Virus record (IMG/VR): IMGVR_UViG_3300007511_000003
Span: 96,001 to 160,000 of that record
Strand: one strand, 5' to 3'
Length of the DNA stretch: 64,000 bases
Source: a virus
Shown: piece after piece, positions 19,038 to 25,599 of the stretch
Numbering within the stretch: the first letter of the stretch is position 1
Layout: every line of letters begins with the position of its first letter
Notes under the pieces: model-generated
Databases searched by the model: none
The model's input: only the letters and a program-made list of their open reading frames with translations
Told to the model about the DNA's origin: nothing
Program-made: the position numbers and the translations under genes

Positions 19038-19817
19038 TCACTTTTCGTCAAATTCGATGCTAACGGTAGCCCCTGTTTCATGGTCCCGGACCTTCATCGT
19101 GTCCCGTCTGCTGCGGGAACCGCGTTTCTTTTTTGGCTTTTTCCCTTGAGCCAAAGATTCCAAGTCTGAGGTACAAGCATCAATGGTGGGTGCTTCGTAA
19201 CTATCCAGGTCTGACTTCTTTCGGATGACGGGCATACGCTTTTTGGTCAAAAGGTGGGAACGTAGATCTTTGGGCGTTTGGATTTTCCCTTCTTCCGTCA
19301 AACGTTCCGATAGGGCTGTAAACCGACTCTTGGACAGGACTGAGGCAATCGGAAGGGTTAAGAAAACCAACTTTTTGCGGTAACGTTTGGAACGGAGTGA
19401 GCTGGCAACATGGAGGTACTTGAGGTCCTTGGTGGCCCCAATGACACGCCCCTGAAACCAACAGTCGAGGTAGGATATACGGGGAGCCGACAAGTTCATA
19501 AAAATGGGCTGGCCAAATTTGTAACCCGTCTTTTGGACGGTGGCAGCGTACTTGAACAAGTAGGCCAATATGCGGAGTTGGCTGGGTTTGAGGTCCTTGG
19601 CGATTATCGCGATTTGCTCGATCGCGTCTTCCTGGACCGTCACCAGCTTGTAGGTATCTGGGGTAAAATCGTCACAGGCAGAAGCAAAGGACTGAACCCC
19701 GAGGTCCTTACACTTTTTATCATAAACAGCGGGCCCTCTCTTATGATGGAGGCATTCCCCGCACTTCATACCCAAACTTAGCTTCCCTGACTTGGAAGGC
19801 GTCCCTTTCTTCAACAT
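19038..19817 (-). CDS. Hypothetical basic protein with N-terminal CxxC
   Basis: 259-aa ORF; CGECLH...C...C. Confidence 0.6.
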   Translation of the reverse strand: MLKKGTPSKSGKLSLGMKCGECLHHKRGPAVYDKKCKDLGVQSFASACDDFTPDTYKLVTVQEDAIEQIAIIAKDLKPSQLRILAYLFKYAATVQKTGYKFGQPIFMNLSAPRISYLDCWFQGRVIGATKDLKYLHVASSLRSKRYRKKLVFLTLPIASVLSKSRFTALSERLTEEGKIQTPKDLRSHLLTKKRMPVIRKKSDLDSYEAPTIDACTSDLESLAQGKKPKKKRGSRSRRDTMKVRDHETGATVSIEFDEK

Positions 19818-19872
19818 AAGGATTCCCCGGTTGGTAGGTGAGCGTTATACGCTCACGGTTGGTAGTTGGTAT

Positions 19873-20367
19873 CTAGTGCCCTATGTGCCTCATATATACC
19901 ACTTTAATTCCCTCTTTCACCACTTGGTCCTGCGTTAACCCTAGACCCTTCGCTGATAGTTTTAACATACGATGGGTTGCAGCGTCAAGCGTTGTCATGT
20001 ATTTCACGGGTCGGTGGTCGGAACCCTTTGATATTTCGTTCGCTTTGGAGATGACAGAAGCCAGATAAACCGCTTGGTCTACCTGGCCGGAACCCTTCCA
20101 TTTGGAACAGAGTTGGGTGATATACTGGGTACCATACTTGACATACTGGGGAATGCGTATCTGGTGGGTGTTATAATGACAAATCCCGCACAGGGTTACA
20201 GTAGGACCGGTTTCCCCTCCGCAATGCCGAGGTACCACATGGTGTTCTTCCAAGCCATCTTTGTCTTGGCAAATCCAACAGTGGTCCAACTTCAATGTAC
20301 GCTTAATTTCCAAACGTTGTGCCCTTGTTAATACTTTAACTTGATGGAGCCGTGCGGGTTTGCCCAT
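19873..20367 (-). CDS. HNH endonuclease with C-terminal ribbon-helix-helix-like segment
   Basis: CWIC...LEEHHVVPRHCGG...VTLCGICH; start moved to ATG at 20367 because a sigma70 promoter occupies 20386-20414. Confidence 0.8.
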   Translation of the reverse strand: MGKPARLHQVKVLTRAQRLEIKRTLKLDHCWICQDKDGLEEHHVVPRHCGGETGPTVTLCGICHYNTHQIRIPQYVKYGTQYITQLCSKWKGSGQVDQAVYLASVISKANEISKGSDHRPVKYMTTLDAATHRMLKLSAKGLGLTQDQVVKEGIKVVYMRHIGH

Positions 20368-20385
20368 ACCCAACACTACGACACC

Positions 20386-20414
20386 ATTGTAACATATACC
20401 AACAGAAGAGTCAA
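20386..20414 (-). promoter_or_regulatory. Sigma70-type promoter
   Basis: TTGACT-N17-TACAAT. Confidence 0.7.
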
Positions 20415-20634
20415 GTAAAATTTCATGACTCGAAAAACCCAAGGATTTCAATGTCTTGCCATAGAAGAGCCCAGATGGAGGCAGGCAACGTTGGGCATGG
20501 ACGTTAGGCGGCACTCGGAGACCGGGGAGATCACACTATACACCTGGGCCCTTCTATGGCAAGGCAGGCCCACCTACTTGGGACCCTGCCCTCATGGTTT
20601 ATTTACAAGAAATTATTATAAACTGAGCCAAAAA

Positions 20635-20722
20635 TGGAGCCAGGAACAGGATTCGAACCTGCGTTGGGTTTTCGCCGTCGGCTTACAAAGCCGCTCCTCT
20701 CGGCCGCTGGAGGGACCCTGGC
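20635..20722 (-). tRNA. tRNA-Thr(UGU)-like with atypical long variable region
   Basis: Acceptor GCCAGGG/TCCTGGC + T-CCA, D stem CCTC/GAGG, anticodon loop TTTGTAA, 15-nt variable region, T arm GCAGG-TTCGAAT-CCTGT. Confidence 0.7.
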
Positions 20723-20745
20723 AAATCAAGATTAGACTAGAGATA

Positions 20746-20819
20746 TGGACCTGCGTTTGGGTAGAACCAACAACCTAAGGCTTAACAGGCCCTCACTTTA
20801 CCAACCAAACTACTGTGGA
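20746..20819 (-). pseudogene. Degenerate tRNA-Asn(GUU)
   Basis: Anticodon arm AGGGC-CTGTTAA-GCCTT and 3' CCA are present, but the acceptor and T stems are mispaired. Confidence 0.55.
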
Positions 20820-20825
20820 TTAAGA

Positions 20826-20933
20826 TGGCACGTAGTAGGAATCGAACCTACGATTCTCGCTTAAACGGTTGATCAGTCCGCTATCGGCGAGCACAGACTC
20901 TGCCTGCGCGTTTACCACTCCGCCATACGTGCC
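20826..20933 (-). ncRNA. tRNA-like RNA with 5-nt anticodon loop and ~40-nt extra arm
   Basis: Acceptor GGCACGTA/TACGTGCC, D arm GCG-GAGTGGTAAA-CGC, perfect T arm GTAGG-TTCGATT-CCTAC, extra arm CTCGC...GCGAG. Confidence 0.7.
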
Positions 20934-20941
20934 ACAAAGAA

Positions 20942-21198
20942 AATATGGTGTGCTATTACGCCAAAGAGGAGTTCACCCTTACCATCTCTGGGGTGGCTTA
21001 CTACTTCACCAAGTGGCGCCCGTCGCCTATCCCTCATAGCAGGTGGTCCTGCAGAGCTCTTTATTTGGATGCCGCCACCCAAACGTTAGCCTAGAGGTTT
21101 CCCTGGTTCATGCCCTTGCAATCCAGGTACGTACTACAACTAACGGCCTTTGCCTCACTCTTTAAAGGATGGCTGCTTCTAAGCCAACCTCCCATACC
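20942..21198 (-). ncRNA. Structured RNA containing a split copy of the 23S rRNA GTPase-associated centre (H43-H44)
   Basis: GGAGGTTGGCTTAGAAGCAGCCATCCTTTAAAGAGTG (21192-21156) and GCGTAATAGCACAC (20961-20948), closed by GGTATGG/CCATATT. Confidence 0.8.
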
Positions 21199-21209
21199 TT
21201 ATAGTATAT

Positions 21210-21581
21210 TCAATACCACGTTCGATGTTGTTCAAATACCCATTCACGACCATCGTCAGCTTCACCGATACTCCACTTAATGTCCTCCGGAATCTCTATG
21301 ACCTTCAGGTCAGGGGCCAAATCCTGGTGTTGGTTGAATGCTTCCAAGAGAGCAGGGTCATCACGCGGTATATCAAACACTGGGCAAAATCGTTCACCAT
21401 CCTTGGTGTAGTTAAAGGATGCATGTGGTTCGTCTTCATGGGCCTGGTCTTTATAAGATTGGACATACACTCCGTCCAGTTCCCACTGGAGATCAACACC
21501 AGTAGCCTGTGCCCAGGCCATCACAATTTTGTGTGGAAGGGAAAACCCACCGATTTCTTTGTTAATGAGTATATGCCTCAC
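21210..21581 (-). CDS. Phage hypothetical protein
   Basis: ILINKEIGGFSL...PRDDPALL...LKVIEIPEDIKW...GREWV, a pattern recalled from other phages. Confidence 0.75.
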   Translation of the reverse strand: MRHILINKEIGGFSLPHKIVMAWAQATGVDLQWELDGVYVQSYKDQAHEDEPHASFNYTKDGERFCPVFDIPRDDPALLEAFNQHQDLAPDLKVIEIPEDIKWSIGEADDGREWVFEQHRTWY

Positions 21582-21608
21582 GAGTAACTACCTTAAGTAC
21601 TGGTTGAT

Positions 21609-21685
21609 TGGCTGGCCCTCCTGGATTCGAACCAGGGATACACAGAATCAAAATCTGTTGCCTTACCAAACTTGGCTAAGGGCCA
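21609..21685 (-). tRNA. tRNA-Gln(UUG)
   Basis: Canonical cloverleaf, loop TTTTGAT, acceptor TGGCCCT/AGGGCCA, encoded G-CCA. Confidence 0.95.
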
Positions 21686-21690
21686 ATCGA

Positions 21691-21857
21691 ATACCACAGG
21701 CTGGGCGTTACTCCAGCTACACGGTTTCTCACCAGGAATATAACCGGGATCACCTGGTAATTCGCACGAGCTACACTGGCATCAGGCCCTTATCCCTTGC
21801 CATTTGGGCAATATCCCTCCTGTCACCAGGAGGCCCCCGTTTACCGCGGGGCGGTAC
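21691..21857 (-). ncRNA. Candidate multi-hairpin structured RNA
   Basis: Terminal pairing GTACCGC/GTGGTAT encloses five hairpins (e.g. CCTCCTG-GTGA-CAGGAGG); no plausible ORF. Confidence 0.45.
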
Positions 21858-21864
21858 AACGCAA

Positions 21865-22113
21865 TTATGCCACTCCTCTATATATTATTATTATATAGAG
21901 ATGTGTCCTGTTTCCCCGCCCGATCAGGTGACGGGCCTGACGCTCGGTGCCGACACGCCAGTCTTGTTCTTGAGCGAGTTTGGCAAAGGCAAGGGCCAAT
22001 AGGTTGCGATCATAATAGGCGGCCTCCAATGCTTGCCCCTCCGCTCGCAACTTAACCACTTCTGCCTTTCGCAGTTCCTCAGCATGAGCGCCTGATAATT
22101 GGACATTACACAT
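21865..22113 (-). CDS. Hypothetical protein, probably 3'-truncated
   Basis: AYYDRNLLALAF core; the C-terminus runs into an AT palindrome (HLYIIIIY). Confidence 0.4.
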   Translation of the reverse strand: MCNVQLSGAHAEELRKAEVVKLRAEGQALEAAYYDRNLLALAFAKLAQEQDWRVGTERQARHLIGRGNRTHLYIIIIYRGVA

Positions 22114-22122
22114 GGTCAGTTC

Positions 22123-22311
22123 CTAATCAACAATAGTAAAATCAAAGGCCCCATAATCCAAGATCACGCTTTTACCTGGAGGAACATGTGTCAGAACAAA
22201 CTGTTCAAAGGTAGGGTCGTTTCCTTTTAAACGGAGAAACCGTTCATCCTTTGGCATTCCTTCCCACTGCTCCTTAACCATCTTTTCCAGTTCGTCATAG
22301 GTTAACTTCAT
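22123..22311 (-). CDS. Small hypothetical protein
   Basis: 62-aa ORF with ATGA overlap. Confidence 0.55.
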   Translation of the reverse strand: MKLTYDELEKMVKEQWEGMPKDERFLRLKGNDPTFEQFVLTHVPPGKSVILDYGAFDFTIVD

Positions 22312-22487
22312 GATAGTGACCCTAAGTTACCACCCCAAGTATTTTTGATCACATGGCCACGCCACATGTGAAGACCCTCCTCCGTGGCGTGGCACCTTTT
22401 GCAAATACAGGCCCCTGCATAAAACCTATATATCTCGTTGTCTTCCTTGGGCTGGTGGCAACAAACACAATTCAGAGTTTCTTCCAT
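22308..22487 (-). CDS. 59-aa Zn-finger-like protein
   Basis: Manual translation MEETLNCVCCHQPK...ICKRCH...; below the ORF-track cutoff. Confidence 0.5.
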   Translation of the reverse strand: MEETLNCVCCHQPKEDNEIYRFYAGACICKRCHATEEGLHMWRGHVIKNTWGGNLGSLS

Positions 22488-22506
22488 GGAACCATGCCTT
22501 TAAGTT

Positions 22507-22582
22507 TGGTGGAGACGGACGGAATCGAACCGCCGACATCCTGCTTGCAAAGCAGGCGCTCTCCCAACTGAGCTACGCCCCC
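22507..22582 (-). tRNA. tRNA-Ala(UGC)
   Basis: Canonical 76 nt, G3:U70, loop TTTGCAA, A-CCA. Confidence 0.97.
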
Positions 22583-22593
22583 ACGAGATAAAA

Positions 22594-23133
22594 TTACTTC
22601 TTTTGGAAAACCAACATCAAAGCCCCAAGGATCGATGCAAGACCAGCAAAAAGTTGACCGGGCAAAGGGTTAGTGTTGTTCGGAGTCTGCGCCAGCTGGA
22701 CCGCCGCCACCCGAAGCTGGTTCAGAAACATTGGGTTGGTCAAATCCATGGCCCCGCTTTGCTGAGGAATCTGGGCAGGAGCAGAGGGACCACCCCCAAC
22801 CACAGGAAACACCTGCTTCTCCTCAGGGTTCACAGCAACCTTCTGATCAACCAGGAACCCCTGTCCCGCTGTCAGGTGCTGCTTGAGCTGGTCAATGGTC
22901 CACAACATTCCTGCGTGGTCGGGTGGGGCCGGAGGGGGGCGGCGGAGGTTACGTGGTTTGAACCCTTGTTCCAAGGCAGACATGTACAGGACCTCAACAC
23001 CATTCTGGCGGGTGTACAGGCTGACGTTGAACACTGTGTTATCCGCTACTCCATAGATACGTACCTGTTGGCCTGGGGTAAATTTACGAAGCTGCTCCAA
23101 ATCAGCTGGTTTGTGGACTTCGATTACACTCAT
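22594..23133 (-). CDS. Hypothetical protein with C-terminal hydrophobic helix
   Basis: 179-aa ORF with AAGGAG RBS. Confidence 0.7.
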   Translation of the reverse strand: MSVIEVHKPADLEQLRKFTPGQQVRIYGVADNTVFNVSLYTRQNGVEVLYMSALEQGFKPRNLRRPPPAPPDHAGMLWTIDQLKQHLTAGQGFLVDQKVAVNPEEKQVFPVVGGGPSAPAQIPQQSGAMDLTNPMFLNQLRVAAVQLAQTPNNTNPLPGQLFAGLASILGALMLVFQKK

Positions 23134-23212
23134 CTCGGCTCCTTTGTTCTACTGTTCCCACTGAACATGATCTAACCTCTGATAACCCAAAACCACCTCG
23201 GCTCTCAATAAT

Positions 23213-23300
23213 TGGTAGGGCTGGAGGGAGTTGAACCCACGGTAGGTCGCCCTACGTCGGTTTTCAAGACCGGTACCTTTAACCACTCGGCCACCCTTCC
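23213..23300 (-). pseudogene. Chimeric tRNA-Ser(UGA) with non-matching 3' acceptor strand
   Basis: Ser-type 5' half, loop CTTGAAA and variable arm GTAGG-GCGA-CCTAC, but 5' GGAAGGG cannot pair with 3' CAGCCCT. Confidence 0.7.
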
Positions 23301-23306
23301 ACAAAC

Positions 23307-23573
23307 CTACAAGGATTCCTCTAGGCAGGAGAACTCTGTGTGCCCGCAGTTTGGACATACGTCATCCTCCAGCTCTTCTGTTGTAAACTCTTGATTACAC
23401 TGCAGGCACTCACAAAGCTTACCGTAAGTGGTAGTTTCCCCTTCTGGTTCCGCGGTCCAATGGAGTTCATCGTTCCCACAGTTAGGGCAAGCATCACTGT
23501 ATAATTTATCAGGTGGACCTTCCCAACAACAATCCGGACACTCACAAACTCGATCACTCATCCCACACTCCAA
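23307..23573 (-). CDS. Double Zn-ribbon protein
   Basis: Two CECxxC...CPNCG units. Confidence 0.7.
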   Translation of the reverse strand: MECGMSDRVCECPDCCWEGPPDKLYSDACPNCGNDELHWTAEPEGETTTYGKLCECLQCNQEFTTEELEDDVCPNCGHTEFSCLEESL

Positions 23574-23856
23574 TTATTCCTTGGTAGGCATCTGGTGGTG
23601 GTCCATGGCCAGGTCGTGGTCTCCAACGTAACGATGCCTTAATTTGGCCCGACTTTTCAGAACACCAGTAAGCTTCAACGGTACCACTTACGTTCAAAGG
23701 TGAGCCTATGCCCACCCTGTATACTGGTGTTGTGGTTGTTAACGAGAACTTTGCGAGGACTTCGTTGTTATGGAGGACCTCCACCTGACAGGTTTTGGAC
23801 TCCAGATAACGTTCCCAACGAACCTTGATAGGACCTAAGATTATCATTTCGCTCAT
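23554..23856 (-). CDS. Hypothetical protein
   Basis: 100-aa ORF with GAGGAG RBS. Confidence 0.6.
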   Translation of the reverse strand: MSEMIILGPIKVRWERYLESKTCQVEVLHNNEVLAKFSLTTTTPVYRVGIGSPLNVSGTVEAYWCSEKSGQIKASLRWRPRPGHGPPPDAYQGIIGVWDE

Positions 23857-23952
23857 TGCGGCTCCTCAGAGGGCCACCCAAGCACTTTAGGTCCTTGAGA
23901 GTCCAAAGATATGTCCAAAGATAAAAACCCGACAGAAGTCCTCTGAGGGCGT

Positions 23953-24336
23953 TTATGAGGTAAAGGGTATTGACGGGGCTTTAGGTCCCAGTTTGAAGAA
24001 CTGCTGGTTCCCGTCTTTGTAATCCTCTGTCAACCATCCCTTATCCAACCACTTGCGGATGGTCTTCCACTGAGCACCTTTTGACCTATACACCACCCGT
24101 TCACCCTCCCGTACTTCATTTGTGACCTTACCTTTATCATCGGTTGAGGTGTAAGGTACCTTCTTGACCACACGTTCGATGACCACAGAGACACGGCCGC
24201 GAGCGGCAGCCCGCAACACTCGCAACTGACGACGATCAGCGATACCAGGAGGGAGTGGTTGTTTCTTATTTAACCTTCCGTCAATGCCGGAGGGTTGACG
24301 GGAAGTCTTCTCTTGTTTCGGTTTCTTGGCACTCAT
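23953..24336 (-). CDS. Basic hypothetical protein
   Basis: Likely start MSAKKPKQ. Confidence 0.55.
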   Translation of the reverse strand: MSAKKPKQEKTSRQPSGIDGRLNKKQPLPPGIADRRQLRVLRAAARGRVSVVIERVVKKVPYTSTDDKGKVTNEVREGERVVYRSKGAQWKTIRKWLDKGWLTEDYKDGNQQFFKLGPKAPSIPFTS

Positions 24337-24383
24337 TTCAACGTCCCTTTGGGTACCCAGCCAACTAAGCCGGTTCGTTAAAG

Positions 24384-25355
24384 TTAAAAACCTAAGCCCC
24401 AACCGCGTATCTTCATGGAGCGATCAGTGCCCACCATATGGTTATATTGTGATTCTGGAATCAACCAAATATAGGAGAACCCTGTGCCCTCATGAGTGGC
24501 AGTGGTTTCTGAGGGCACGAATGAAAATCCAAGCCGTTCCGTCAATAAGTGCTGGATACGCTTCAGATAGTTTAATGGAGTAAGCCCACGCTTCTTTAGG
24601 TAACGTTGGTTAATCCCAACGACTGGTTGGCCCTTCAGGATCACGTAGGTTTCCATCACTCGAATATCAAAGCCTGCCTGTGCCAAGTCTTCTCGGTTAA
24701 TGAAGCCTTCAAACACAGGGGCTACCGGCAATTTCAGTACCTGAAATTTTTTCCTGCTCGTTTTTACGTTAGGCAAAAGGTCCTTAAAATGTTGTACCTC
24801 CGCCAACACACCTTTAGCTTGTTCCATGGTACGAGTGGCTTTTCGGTCGGACTCTGCTTGGTTGGGATCGTTCGTATCTACCACCACCGTCTCACGGGCC
24901 TTGGCTTGTTCCATGGCGGCATTAAGTCCATCATTCCATTCCATGGATCTAGAAAGCCCCTCCTTTAATTTAACAGGAGCAGAGCCTACTCGTTCATCCT
25001 CAAGAGCTACCGCGACCCTCAGTAAATCGTGCAACCGGGATCCGACCTGGGCTTTGACACTACGGAGGTCATCTACTTCCAAGTCACCCTCTTCCAAAGC
25101 CTCCAGCGCACTCTCCACAGCGTTGTGACAGTAATCAATGCCTTCCCGGATCTCCTTCAAAAACTGCGGCAGGCGTTTACTAGCACGGGAAGCTAAGGCT
25201 TCCCTGGCGGTTTTTAAAAATGTGACCAGCACTCCTAAGATATCTACACCTTCGGTCTCTGCCGTTTTACGGTTAAGACGACGGAGTTCCTTCTGGGCTT
25301 CCTGTAGGTGCAGGACCAGTGCCTCTTTCCGACTCTTGCTGATCCTCGTTGCCAT
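24384..25355 (-). CDS. Hypothetical protein with coiled-coil N-terminus
   Basis: 323-aa ORF with AGGAGG RBS. Confidence 0.7.
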   Translation of the reverse strand: MATRISKSRKEALVLHLQEAQKELRRLNRKTAETEGVDILGVLVTFLKTAREALASRASKRLPQFLKEIREGIDYCHNAVESALEALEEGDLEVDDLRSVKAQVGSRLHDLLRVAVALEDERVGSAPVKLKEGLSRSMEWNDGLNAAMEQAKARETVVVDTNDPNQAESDRKATRTMEQAKGVLAEVQHFKDLLPNVKTSRKKFQVLKLPVAPVFEGFINREDLAQAGFDIRVMETYVILKGQPVVGINQRYLKKRGLTPLNYLKRIQHLLTERLGFSFVPSETTATHEGTGFSYIWLIPESQYNHMVGTDRSMKIRGWGLGF

Positions 25356-25599
25356 GATTTTCCTCCTGATTGATTGTCGGGGTAGTACCCCTTGTTGGTT
25401 GGTGTTCTTGTGTTAATATCTCTTTACAGTCTGCCAAACAGTGGGAACAAATGCATACACGTTCTTCCTGTTTGGCGCCTTCTATGACCTGCATAGGGCC
25501 TAAAGCCACTTCCTTTGGAGGTCGTAACTCCATGCAAAAATGGCAACGAAAGGCACTCCATTTTAGTAACGACTTTTCTCCAGGAAGGATCTCTGTCAT
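25273..25599 (-). CDS. Stand-alone ClpX-type C4 zinc-finger protein
   Basis: FRCHFC...VIEG...ICSHCLADCKEIL resembles the ClpX N-terminal zinc-binding domain. Confidence 0.55.
   Translation of the reverse strand: MTEILPGEKSLLKWSAFRCHFCMELRPPKEVALGPMQVIEGAKQEERVCICSHCLADCKEILTQEHQPTRGTTPTINQEENHGNEDQQESERGTGPAPTGSPEGTPSS

Noticed and set aside
20368-20514. N-terminal extension of the HNH ORF in the ORF track
   Set aside because: It overlaps a consensus sigma70 promoter, so ATG at 20367 is more plausible
20971-20983. GGTAAGGGTGAA match to RNase P RNA
   Set aside because: Only 12 nt; the universal P4 motifs (GAGGAAAGTCC, AACAGAA...GGCTTA) are not found in order
20948-21192. A genuine 23S rRNA gene or host contamination
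   Set aside because: Only ~50 nt match, in two blocks; the flanks are phage tRNAs and ORFs, and no other rRNA sequence is present
21778-21797. GGGATAAGGGCCTGATGCC resembling the 23S peptidyl-transferase segment GGGATAACAGGCTGATACC
   Set aside because: 15/19 identity is within chance when ~200 nt are compared with a whole 23S, and the changes hit the conserved core
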